Shown here one piece after another: positions 47,181 to 56,265 of a stretch of DNA of 60,686 bases. The stretch's first letter is position 1, and each line of letters begins with the position of its first letter. The notes beneath the pieces are model-generated. The model ran no database searches and was not told the origin of the DNA. It saw only the letters and a list, made by a program, of their open reading frames with translations. Location: the IMG/VR virus record IMGVR_UViG_3300036769_000405. One strand, 5' to 3'. The position numbers were made by a program, and so were the translations under genes. This stretch comes from an uncultured virus (IMG/VR IMGVR_UViG_3300036769_000405). Its lineage: Duplodnaviria; Heunggongvirae; Uroviricota; Caudoviricetes.

Positions 47181-47874
47181 AATCACTGAATTTAAAACAG
47201 ATTTATCTTCATTAGAACCTTACATTCTTGGTAAGAAATTTACAGGTAAGGCTAAGAATGTTGCTCGCTGTAATAAGGATGTTCTGGAAGATTTTCTTAC
47301 TGCTCTGGAAGAAGATGAAATTGCTAAGGAATTCTTCAATGCTTATGAAATCTCAGGAGATTTCTATAAAACAATGGTAGACTTCAAGCACATCATCCCA
47401 AAAGAGTATCGTGATGAAGTATTCTATGCAGCGAAGATCGGAATGTACTACATGGAGATTCCGTCATTCTGTGTATATATTTTGCAGAAGTCTTGGAAGC
47501 TGTGTTACGGAATTCCTAATTTACTTTTCAAAGTAGTTCCTACAGCAGCTATCAAAAAGTTCTGTGAAGAGGGATACTTTATGGGTGGTTTATCTTTGAG
47601 AGACGTTGTATGCAATGTCTGTACAGAGGAATATGTACCACTAAGTTTTTATCATCCTAAGAATAAATTGAAGGATTTCTCAGAAATATATGTTCAGTCC
47701 GCTGATATGGTGGCAGCCGTACCACATGCTATTGCTGAGGGGTTGGATGATGCAAGCATTTCTGCTATCAATGTAACACCAAATGGTATGGAAGTCAATG
47801 GTATGCTATTACGTACCATGGCAAATCATGTTGGTGCTGTGAACAGCATCTATGATCTCCGGGAAGTATTATAG
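47173..47874 (+). CDS. Hypothetical protein
   Basis: GGAGG RBS; 233 aa. Confidence 0.7.
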   Translation: MSEITEFKTDLSSLEPYILGKKFTGKAKNVARCNKDVLEDFLTALEEDEIAKEFFNAYEISGDFYKTMVDFKHIIPKEYRDEVFYAAKIGMYYMEIPSFCVYILQKSWKLCYGIPNLLFKVVPTAAIKKFCEEGYFMGGLSLRDVVCNVCTEEYVPLSFYHPKNKLKDFSEIYVQSADMVAAVPHAIAEGLDDASISAINVTPNGMEVNGMLLRTMANHVGAVNSIYDLREVL

Positions 47875-50800
47875 CGAATCCTTACAAAGTACTGTACAGC
47901 AGTTCGAGCAGGCTTACTTAACACCGTTGCAGAAGTATAAAGATATATCTGTAATGCCTGCAGACCTAGTAAGCCTGCTTGCTTATGAGCACACAATAAA
48001 TCAACGTGCTGATGAATTGAAAGCTGTACATATTCCGCCATTATCTTTTGATGTAAAAAATAATGTTATTCAATATTATGATGCATTAGATAAACAACAA
48101 AAGGATAAAAAAGAGTCTATCATTGCTAATGCTCAAATGAAGAAAAATAATCTTATTGCTGAGCATGATCAACAAGTAAAAGATGCACATGTTTATAATG
48201 AGACACTTATAAATCCTATTCGTGAAAAACATGAAGAGTTGTTGTCTTATAAAGATGATCTCTCCTATGTATTCGAACATTATGATATATCACCACTTGA
48301 CATTGAAATTAGTGATAATATAACTGTAAATGAGTTTGAAACCCTAATTGATGAATCTTTAAAAACATGTCTTAAATATACCAGGAAAGAGAATGGTGTA
48401 TTCAGTAAACTTACGGCTCCTCTCAAAGGAGAAACGAATTTGACTTTTACGTTGTGTTATGTTTTAATAGCACTCGTTATAATATACTTTTGCTTACCTA
48501 TACTAACTGTCCCTGCTTTTGTGATATTATTTATGTCTGTTCATAATATGTATAAAGATATGGAAAAGTTACGTATAGCTAGAGCATTAATGACACAACT
48601 TGATTATAATCGTTTTGTACCACAAAATGAATTGAAGTCAGTTGATGAATTAGATACAAGCTTTGTTGATATTGAAATGCAAAAAGAACTTAGCGATATT
48701 AAGGATTATTCTATTGAACGTGATACTGCTATGAAGCAGTTAACTGAAGAAGTATCTTTGATCGCTAAGGAATGTGAAGAAAGTCGACAAAGAGTTACAA
48801 GTGCTTATGCTGAATGCATTGCACTATATGATAAAACTGCTAAACAAGTACACAATAAAATTGAAGAAATGTTGCATGATTACCATCCATTTCCTACAGT
48901 TCAAAATGATTCTGTAGTTATGTCTCATGTTTATACTTTAGGTAGACTTGAGGAACAATTAGATATAACAGCAACACTTCCAATGTTAAATATTGTTTTC
49001 AATGATGCTAGTCATGAAGTCGCTATAAATACAATGAAACTTTATTTAGCAAATGCATTGTTGTCTGTACGTGTAAAACAGTTGACGATCGAGATATTCG
49101 ATCCAAAAAATATGTGTGGAGATTTTACTGAATTCTTTACACCTGAGACAAAACCTTACATCAAGCCTAACAATATGTCACTTGAAGATTTGATGAAAAC
49201 TTATCGTGAATATTCTCAGAAGAATGTTTTGGAACTCGATAAGAAATCTATTGATGAATTCAATGCAGACGCTGAGAAGAATGAACTTGTTCCAAAAGAG
49301 TATAAACTGTTGTTGCTTATTTCCGAAACTTCTAAGTTAAGTGAGGGGGATCAGAAGAAGTTGTTCGGTGAATACTTTAAGTTTAGTGCTTCTACTGGTG
49401 TTATGGTTTGGTTATTGGATACGAAGCAGTGGCCTAATTCAATTTGGGTAGATGGTTCTTATTCAATGAAAGGTGAATGTATTAAATATACACCGTCTTT
49501 AGGAAGAGAGGCAACTGATACATTTGCAAAAGCCTTAGCTAATTACAAAGATAAGGGTATTGATTATGTTACCAAGTTCGGTAACGTATTTATTCCTAAA
49601 GAGAAGTGGTGGACATTTGACACAATACATGGAATTAAAATGCCATATGGTCTCGAGAATGGTGACCCTACCAGAGGTTTGAATGTTGCTCCTGAAATTG
49701 GTGATGCTAACGTACACGCTTTGTTGGGTGGTGCTACTGGTGCAGGTAAATCAGCTGCAATTAACCAGTTACTTATTTCGCTTATTTGTATGTATCCTCC
49801 TAGTGAATTGCAAATAGTATACATCGATTTTAAGAACGTTGAAGCAGCAAAGTTTACCAAAGGATATGACTTAAAAACAAATGAATGGTACACACCTGAA
49901 AAAGAACAAGCGTTACGTGAATCTGAAACTTATTATACACGTTTGTCAAGGATTCCACATTTACGCATTATTTCCGGTACAACCGATGGGGAATATGCAC
50001 TGTCTGTGTTTGAATTTCTAATGCAGGAAATGGCAAGACGTCAGCAGATTATCAATAAATTTGGTGTTACGAAGATTGAGGAAATGAGAAATCAGATCCT
50101 AGCAAAATATAACACAGAACATAATGGTAATCCTAAGAAGGGTTCTTGGGCTGACATGCGTAAAGACTGGAATTGGTACAAGCCAAATGTATATGATAAA
50201 TATGGCGATTTACCTCGATTGTTAGTTATCTTTGATGAGTTTCAGGTTATGTATAATCCTGAGTTTGTTGATGATAAAATTATCAATCAGATCAATGGTA
50301 AGATAACAGCTATAACTAAACTTGCTCGTGCCATGGCTGCTCACTTCTGGTTCACATCACAGTCTATGAAAGGTACTATGTCAAAAGATACTATGGGTAA
50401 CTTTTCTTTACGTGGGGCTTTAAGATGTGATGCCGATGTCTCTAATGAGTTGTTAGGAAATAAAGCTGCTAGTGAGATAAATGCTAAGTTTGGTTTCATG
50501 TATACCAATGATTCGGCTGGTCAGAATAAAGATGCTAACAGATTCTGGCGTGTTCCATTCCTTGATGAAAAGAATATGCCAAGTTACATTGATACTTTGA
50601 ATAATATGCTTGAACCATTTAATGAGAAGCATTTAATGGCAGAGTTCTATGATGAAAAGATTCTTGTTCCAGCTACAGTTATGAATGATTGGTACGAGAA
50701 TTATCCTGATACATTCAGTAGTCCAGACACATTCATTCTTGGAGAGCGCGCTAACTTTTCTACGAATAAAGCACCTGTAGCAATTTCTTTACAAGAGGAC

Positions 50801-51439
50801 GGTGGGGAGAATGTCATGATTGCTGCCTTTGATAAGATGGATATGTTGAACATGACATTAACTCTCGTTAAGCAGTTGAAGAGAAAAGAAAATTGCTCAA
50901 TAATTATGAATGTACAGGATATTGATACTCATACATTACTTGATGTTGAAAACCTTGTTGATGAAAAATTTTTAAGTCTTAGTTATCCAAAACAAGATCT
51001 TTATGAATTTGTAGATGCACTGAATACTATGGTTGAACGTAGATTGGAGATAGGCGGACCTTATAATCCTGTTTATGTCTTCTGTGTACAGTGGGAGAGA
51101 GCGCCTCATATATCAGTAGATATAGACTACAAATTTGGAGATAAGTTTAAAGATTTACTTCGTAAGGCTCCTAATGTTGGTGTTCACTTTGTATTTAGTT
51201 GCCGTGAGAAGTTAGATATGCAACGATATATTCCAGCTGCTTGTAATCATAGGGTAGTAGGACTTATGCCTAAGGATGCTGTATTCTTTGTTGAGACAAC
51301 TAAAGTTGAAAAGCTCCCAGACTCTAATGCAGATAAAGGTTTGTTTGCATTCTATGAATTTGGTACAACGCTTATTAAGTTTAGAATATATCAACATGAA
51401 TACACAAAGACTGTTAAGTCTAGAGAAATCGTTATATAA
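47852..51439 (+). CDS. FtsK/SpoIIIE-family ATPase, EssC/EccC-like (type VII secretion-like)
   Basis: Coiled coil and TM hairpin, then HALLGGATGAGKS (Walker A), YIDFK, LPRLLVIFDEFQ (Walker B) and LARAMAAHFWFTSQ, flanked by degenerate ATPase-like segments. Confidence 0.85.
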   Translation: MISGKYYSESLQSTVQQFEQAYLTPLQKYKDISVMPADLVSLLAYEHTINQRADELKAVHIPPLSFDVKNNVIQYYDALDKQQKDKKESIIANAQMKKNNLIAEHDQQVKDAHVYNETLINPIREKHEELLSYKDDLSYVFEHYDISPLDIEISDNITVNEFETLIDESLKTCLKYTRKENGVFSKLTAPLKGETNLTFTLCYVLIALVIIYFCLPILTVPAFVILFMSVHNMYKDMEKLRIARALMTQLDYNRFVPQNELKSVDELDTSFVDIEMQKELSDIKDYSIERDTAMKQLTEEVSLIAKECEESRQRVTSAYAECIALYDKTAKQVHNKIEEMLHDYHPFPTVQNDSVVMSHVYTLGRLEEQLDITATLPMLNIVFNDASHEVAINTMKLYLANALLSVRVKQLTIEIFDPKNMCGDFTEFFTPETKPYIKPNNMSLEDLMKTYREYSQKNVLELDKKSIDEFNADAEKNELVPKEYKLLLLISETSKLSEGDQKKLFGEYFKFSASTGVMVWLLDTKQWPNSIWVDGSYSMKGECIKYTPSLGREATDTFAKALANYKDKGIDYVTKFGNVFIPKEKWWTFDTIHGIKMPYGLENGDPTRGLNVAPEIGDANVHALLGGATGAGKSAAINQLLISLICMYPPSELQIVYIDFKNVEAAKFTKGYDLKTNEWYTPEKEQALRESETYYTRLSRIPHLRIISGTTDGEYALSVFEFLMQEMARRQQIINKFGVTKIEEMRNQILAKYNTEHNGNPKKGSWADMRKDWNWYKPNVYDKYGDLPRLLVIFDEFQVMYNPEFVDDKIINQINGKITAITKLARAMAAHFWFTSQSMKGTMSKDTMGNFSLRGALRCDADVSNELLGNKAASEINAKFGFMYTNDSAGQNKDANRFWRVPFLDEKNMPSYIDTLNNMLEPFNEKHLMAEFYDEKILVPATVMNDWYENYPDTFSSPDTFILGERANFSTNKAPVAISLQEDGGENVMIAAFDKMDMLNMTLTLVKQLKRKENCSIIMNVQDIDTHTLLDVENLVDEKFLSLSYPKQDLYEFVDALNTMVERRLEIGGPYNPVYVFCVQWERAPHISVDIDYKFGDKFKDLLRKAPNVGVHFVFSCREKLDMQRYIPAACNHRVVGLMPKDAVFFVETTKVEKLPDSNADKGLFAFYEFGTTLIKFRIYQHEYTKTVKSREIVI

Positions 51440-51442
51440 TAA

Positions 51443-51471
51443 TTACAGGGTTGTTGTGTACAACCCTGTAA
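51443..51471. terminator. Hairpin after the ATPase gene (terminator or operator)
   Basis: TTACAGGGTTGT-TGTGT-ACAACCCTGTAA, perfect 12-bp arms; no + strand U-tract. Confidence 0.55.
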
Positions 51472-51494
51472 AACAAACTGAAAGCAGGTACGTT

Positions 51495-51626
51495 ATGTTA
51501 AAGAAAATAAACACATCTCTTGGAATCATTGCCATTGTTGGTTTATTATTCTGTGGTGGTGTATTCCTCTATACACATTTTAGTAATATTGAAAACAGTC
51601 ACATTGTGCAACAGTTGGGAGGTTGA
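51495..51626 (+). CDS. Small single-TM peptide (43 aa)
   Basis: MLKKINTSLGIIAIVGLLFCGGVFLY; this is the 3' part of the 51276 ORF, with CAGGT upstream. Confidence 0.5.
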   Translation: MLKKINTSLGIIAIVGLLFCGGVFLYTHFSNIENSHIVQQLGG

Positions 51627-52858
51627 TTATGGATATTAGATTACGTAATACAATCTTAGGAATTGTTCTTGCTGTTGTATTAAGTGTTGTGATTGTCTTT
51701 GAATTTAAGCTTGGTTTCACAATGTTGTTTGATGCACAAGTTCAAAATTCTACTGACTATATTGCTATTGCAAAAAGTGTTGGTAGTGCTTCCGTTTCAA
51801 TTGATGAGATTATCGCATACGATGAAGTTCCGTTTGAAGATACTGATGGTGATGTTATCCAGTTGGATAATTACGATGTTAAGATAAAAGTCGATGGAAC
51901 AATGACAGATAGTTCCATGAGTTCCTATGGAAAGTATACCTGTAGTTCATCTGATAATTCAGAATCTTATTTATTAACTGTAGAATTCCGTTCAGCAAAT
52001 CTATCTCAATTCAGAGATGCCATTGCCGAGTATTGGTATGGTGATGTAAATTATTTACTTGATGTGTGTGATATTGATACATCATCAGGTGATTTAATTT
52101 ACTATCAAAGTTCTTCAACATCTGGGAATGTCCCTGTCGTATTTGTTGGTCGAACTGGACTATATTATATGTTCATTGAATGTAATGATGGATACATGAT
52201 ATTATCAGCAGCTAAACCTTTCATACTAACAGATGAAAAGGTAACTGTTCATTATGGTGACCCTTCCGCAAATCCGATGCTTGCACATACTTATAGTAGT
52301 TATGAAACATGGGCGGCAGAGAACACTATACGTGAGTTGTTAAATGGTGATGATAACACCACTGTAAATAACCCTTATGTATCGAGTAGTGTTATTGATG
52401 ACGGAACTACATACACCACAGAAGCTGATGATGCAATTCGTAGACAGATGGTAGCTTTAGCTAGTTATACATTCGGACCTGATGGTAAATCAAATGAAAC
52501 TTCTTACGTAGTTGATATTACATCAAGCGATGCTCAAGCTTCGAAGTGGACACTTACATCTACAGAATATTCTTACGAACACGCTGGTCTTAAGATTTCT
52601 ATGTTAAGTGGTAAGCGTTCTTCTACAGAGTTTTCTGTTAGTGGTAATATCAATAATACTATTGAATCATCAAGACCTTATGTTATTGTAGTTAAGTATC
52701 TTGATAGCAATAATGAACTTCTTGGATTAAGTGTTATTGATAAACGTGAGGAGCCTTTAGCACCTAGTGGTGTTAGTACATTTTCTACAACTATAACACC
52801 TGCTAAGAACAATATTGATATTCAACAAATAACGTCTGTTATGTTTGAGGTATACTAA
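51623..52858 (+). CDS. Membrane-anchored protein with a C-terminal FxLYD-like Ig domain
   Basis: N-terminal TM; C-terminal VSGNINNT...VVKYLDSNNELLG...LAPSGVSTF. Confidence 0.7.
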   Translation: MIMDIRLRNTILGIVLAVVLSVVIVFEFKLGFTMLFDAQVQNSTDYIAIAKSVGSASVSIDEIIAYDEVPFEDTDGDVIQLDNYDVKIKVDGTMTDSSMSSYGKYTCSSSDNSESYLLTVEFRSANLSQFRDAIAEYWYGDVNYLLDVCDIDTSSGDLIYYQSSSTSGNVPVVFVGRTGLYYMFIECNDGYMILSAAKPFILTDEKVTVHYGDPSANPMLAHTYSSYETWAAENTIRELLNGDDNTTVNNPYVSSSVIDDGTTYTTEADDAIRRQMVALASYTFGPDGKSNETSYVVDITSSDAQASKWTLTSTEYSYEHAGLKISMLSGKRSSTEFSVSGNINNTIESSRPYVIVVKYLDSNNELLGLSVIDKREEPLAPSGVSTFSTTITPAKNNIDIQQITSVMFEVY

Positions 52859-52859
52859 C

Positions 52860-53312
52860 ATGAGTAAAACAACTGTAAAGTTACTAGGTTTTTATGTAAT
52901 CATATTAATAATTGTGTATGCAACAATTGGTGTGCTTTATTTGTTAACATCTAATAAAGATGTAACTTCTATCACTGTGGAATATGCATCACCAGACGTA
53001 ATTAAAACAGTAGCTCATATAACTTTGGATAGTGAGAAATATGAACTTATTTACGAAGATGATGATAATGATATAGCTTATTATCGAGTACTGGATAGAG
53101 ACAACCTTGTTTCTGTTGGGGATACTGTTTATACAATTAATGGTGATGAAACAACAGTAACTGCTACCGATGTTTATGGATTCTATGTAGAATACAATGA
53201 AGTATTTTATCCCGGGATGTCTGGTAGTGTTATTATAAATTCTACTGGTAATTCAGTTGGTTATGTTAGTAGACTTGATAACAGTGAATTCGTTTATTGT
53301 ATTTGGAATTGA
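52860..53312 (+). CDS. Membrane-anchored protein with a trypsin-like serine protease motif
   Basis: N-terminal TM; FYPGMSGSVIINSTGNSVG resembles GxSGS/P. Confidence 0.55.
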   Translation: MSKTTVKLLGFYVIILIIVYATIGVLYLLTSNKDVTSITVEYASPDVIKTVAHITLDSEKYELIYEDDDNDIAYYRVLDRDNLVSVGDTVYTINGDETTVTATDVYGFYVEYNEVFYPGMSGSVIINSTGNSVGYVSRLDNSEFVYCIWN

Positions 53313-53323
53313 GGTGATTTCTT

Positions 53324-54025
53324 ATGAAGAAGTTACTGTCCATGCTTGTAGCTCTATTTATGAGTTTACTTAATGGTACAGACTATATCATTACTGCAGA
53401 TAAACCTTATACTGAAACTTATTATACTGTAGATGAAGCTGATCCTCCTGATTACAGAACGTACTATGGAACTGTCTCAACTTCTACTGCAACTGAGAAT
53501 TGTAAGACTACCAATTACTCTGCTGATGGTAAACATGTCGATAATTCACAAGGTTATTGGTTTGTGAACAACAGAACTGTGTCTTTAGAAACTGTTGATA
53601 GTTATCAAGTTGCTCATCACGTAAACAATGATCCATTAGGTGACGTTGATTATTATGTTGCTCAGGGATGTTTTACAGATGGTAGTTATATTATCATGCC
53701 ATATACTGGAACATTACAATCTGAAAGTTTAACTAATGATTGTACTTCCATGGTTGTTTATTGCACAGCTTTAAGTGGTGTAGAATACAAATTAGTAATT
53801 AGTAACATGAGTTGTTGGTACTGTGATGTAGGACGTGTTGATTCCCCTACATATCATACAAGTTCCGAACAGAATGGTAAGAAGTTTCAGGCAGGTAATG
53901 TACTTGGACGTGCTACGTCAAATACAACAATAAAAGTGATTCCCATCAGTAATGGTTCTTCTATAGGTACAGCTACTTTGTCTGAATTCTATAGTGGAAC
54001 TTATACTTCACCTGATGAAACTTAG
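53324..54025 (+). CDS. Secreted protein, possible degenerate M23-like fold
   Basis: Signal peptide; IIMPYTGTL and GKKFQAGNVLGRA segments. Confidence 0.5.
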   Translation: MKKLLSMLVALFMSLLNGTDYIITADKPYTETYYTVDEADPPDYRTYYGTVSTSTATENCKTTNYSADGKHVDNSQGYWFVNNRTVSLETVDSYQVAHHVNNDPLGDVDYYVAQGCFTDGSYIIMPYTGTLQSESLTNDCTSMVVYCTALSGVEYKLVISNMSCWYCDVGRVDSPTYHTSSEQNGKKFQAGNVLGRATSNTTIKVIPISNGSSIGTATLSEFYSGTYTSPDET

Positions 54026-54048
54026 TTGAGAGTTCCAAATATAATTGC

Positions 54049-54077
54049 TATAAAACGTTTAACGTTTTATATATAAT
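54049..54077 (+). promoter_or_regulatory. Palindromic operator next to a TATAAT box upstream of the WXG100-like genes
   Basis: TATAAAACGTT-T-AACGTTTTATA (54049-54071) directly followed by TATAAT (54072-54077). Confidence 0.5.
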
Positions 54078-54187
54078 TGTAGATAGACTGGAAAGAATAT
54101 CTGCAAGCAACCAAGTAAGTTGTAGAGATTTGAGTCGCCACTTATCTCTAATATAACTTATATAAAATTTTGACGGAGGTAAGTATT

Positions 54188-54484
54188 ATGTCGAATGGTC
54201 AGATGACTCTTGATGTCGAAGCCGTTTCCGCTGCTGTCAATCAGATTGACTTAGCTATCGGTGACATCAAGACGCGTAACGAGAAGTTCCTTTCCCTGCT
54301 TGAGGAGAAGAACAACGAGACTAAGGGTAAGTTCTCCCTTATTAAGAGTCTGAAGGAAAGAGTTACTGATGAGGAGAAGAACATCAGTGCTGCAATCGCG
54401 GCTACTGAGTCGATCAAGGAATCTATCCGGAAGTACACTGCTATGGCTGAGGATGCAGATGATGATTCTGCATTCAGACGCTAA
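54188..54484 (+). CDS. WXG100/ESAT-6-like small helical protein
   Basis: 98 aa, helix-turn-helix layout with central TKG; N-terminal MTLDVEAV; near the EssC-like ATPase; GGAGGT RBS. Confidence 0.55.
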   Translation: MSNGQMTLDVEAVSAAVNQIDLAIGDIKTRNEKFLSLLEEKNNETKGKFSLIKSLKERVTDEEKNISAAIAATESIKESIRKYTAMAEDADDDSAFRR

Positions 54485-54507
54485 TCAAATCAAGGAGGTA
54501 AGCTGAC

Positions 54508-54864
54508 ATGGCTGGTAAAGGACCTTTAGATGTCGTACTGGACATCCCGGCAATTAACGAGATCATCGTATTTGCCAATCAGTACAAGCAGGAAGTAAGT
54601 GAGAAAGCAGACACGATCAGAACTCTGTGTAAGCAGATGACTGAGAACGAGTCTCTTAACGGTGGAGATGGTGAAGAAATTAAAGCCAGCTTCAAAGAGA
54701 TCGCTAAGGGATGCAATCAGCTTGAGCAGTCTGTTGATCACATCGTAGCTGTTCTGAATTCTAAGCTTGATACCATGATCAAGATGAACAAGGGCACGAC
54801 TACGGGAGCAGCTTCTGATGAAGCTAAGAAAGCTTCTAACAGCATGGGTGTACTCAAAGAGTAA
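54508..54864 (+). CDS. WXG100/LXG-like small helical protein
   Basis: 118 aa with central SLNGGDG between amphipathic helices; AAGGAGGT RBS. Confidence 0.6.
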   Translation: MAGKGPLDVVLDIPAINEIIVFANQYKQEVSEKADTIRTLCKQMTENESLNGGDGEEIKASFKEIAKGCNQLEQSVDHIVAVLNSKLDTMIKMNKGTTTGAASDEAKKASNSMGVLKE

Positions 54865-54886
54865 AATTAACCCTGTTGCAGTTTTT

Positions 54887-54913
54887 GGGAGGGTCATACT
54901 TAATGACCCTCTC
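54887..54913. terminator. Hairpin after the WXG100-like pair
   Basis: GGGAGGGTCAT-ACTTA-ATGACCCTCTC. Confidence 0.55.
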
Positions 54914-54970
54914 ATTCTGAGTTATAGACTATACTAAATTAACAACTTGAACTTAAGGAGAAGTTAAACT

Positions 54971-55591
54971 ATGTATGAAATCAATACAGGACGTTTGGAG
55001 CCAGCGGTATTTGATAGGCTCTATGAAGGATATTTACTCAACTCTAAATATGGGGAAACAAATGTTCCAGACAGTGAGAAAAGATCTGTTTTGGAATACA
55101 TACTTAAGCATTGTACAGATGAATGTGCTTATGTTTGGTACAATAATTTCGTATTAAGAAAATCTGTAAAATGTATCAGTAATGAGTCAGGTTTAGCAGC
55201 TCATGAAATAAATGCTGAGAAGTCTAGATTCTCACGAATGATGAATAACAGCATTACAATCGAAGCTCTACGTTTTGGTACGGAAGCTGCTAAGAGAAAA
55301 GAACAGCAAACTCGGGCTATTGTTGGTGATACTTCATTAGCCCTTAACATAGCAAATGGTAATGTAGACATCAAGTCTGTAGAAAAAGATGTCAAGATAC
55401 CATTTGCAAGAGTATTTGTAAATGATACTAAGATACCTAGACACGTGGTTTATTGCTTATCAAATATGGGTATCTCTACTCTACAGGAACTTATTGATTC
55501 AAATATACAATGCATTGAAGAATGTTACGACATAAGTGAAAGTATTGCACAGAGCATTGAAACATTAAGAAACCGATGCATTCGTAGCTAA
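54971..55591 (+). CDS. Sigma-region-4-like HTH fused to a degenerate RNAP alpha-CTD (paralogue 1)
   Basis: Colinear with 55612..56229 (MYEI...L.P.VFD.LYE...YGE...D.EK..VL.YIL...YVW..NF); C-terminal IPRHVVYCLSNMGISTLQELI. Confidence 0.65.
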   Translation: MYEINTGRLEPAVFDRLYEGYLLNSKYGETNVPDSEKRSVLEYILKHCTDECAYVWYNNFVLRKSVKCISNESGLAAHEINAEKSRFSRMMNNSITIEALRFGTEAAKRKEQQTRAIVGDTSLALNIANGNVDIKSVEKDVKIPFARVFVNDTKIPRHVVYCLSNMGISTLQELIDSNIQCIEECYDISESIAQSIETLRNRCIRS

Positions 55592-55611
55592 ATCAAAAGG
55601 AGGACTATACT

Positions 55612-56229
55612 ATGTATGAGATTGCTGAAAAAGATCTAACACCTGAAGTGTTTGATCTCTTGTATGAGAAGAAGCAATATAAAGTTTTATACGGAGAATC
55701 ACAGTTGTCTGATGATGAAAAGGTTGCGGTTCTTAAGTATATACTGAACAAAGTTCCGGATATAACCGGTTATGTTTGGTTCAAAAACTTTATACAGAAA
55801 GTAACAATGAAAAAGCTTTGCGCAGAACTCGACATTACTATGGATGAACTCAGATTGCAATTCCGCAAGTTCACTACCTATTGTGATTTTCCGGATATCA
55901 AAATAGCATTACGTGAGGGTGTGGATGCGGTCAATAAGTATAATTTAGAAATAGCACACAAGCGTGAAAATATCCTGCAACTCTATGAAATTGCTAATGG
56001 TAGATTATCAATTAGTGAAATGACACCTGGAAATGAGAAGTATTGGTGTGATATTCAAGTAATTCAATTGAATTTATCTACCAGAGCAAAGAACGCTTTA
56101 ATTCACAATGGAGTGAATACTATTGCTGATTTACTAAAATTGGATAAACAATCCGTAAAGAGTTTCCGGAACGTTGGTACTCAAACAGCAATTGAAATTG
56201 AACAGTTGAAAAATCGTTGTACTAAGTAG
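55612..56229 (+). CDS. Sigma-region-4-like HTH fused to an RNAP alpha-CTD (paralogue 2)
   Basis: C-terminal LNLSTRAKNALIHNGVNTIADLLKL...FRNVGTQTAIEI matches alpha-CTD (LSVRSYNCL..AGI.T..DL...RNFG.KS..EI). Central TMKKLCAELDITMDELR is HTH-like. Confidence 0.8.
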   Translation: MYEIAEKDLTPEVFDLLYEKKQYKVLYGESQLSDDEKVAVLKYILNKVPDITGYVWFKNFIQKVTMKKLCAELDITMDELRLQFRKFTTYCDFPDIKIALREGVDAVNKYNLEIAHKRENILQLYEIANGRLSISEMTPGNEKYWCDIQVIQLNLSTRAKNALIHNGVNTIADLLKLDKQSVKSFRNVGTQTAIEIEQLKNRCTK

Positions 56230-56265
56230 TTATAAAAATAATTTATATAAAGGAGATTTACTTTA

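Noticed and set aside
51276..51494. 5' part of ORF 51276..51626
   Set aside because: It overlaps the ATPase gene and a hairpin; only the 43-aa TM peptide from ATG 51495 is plausible.
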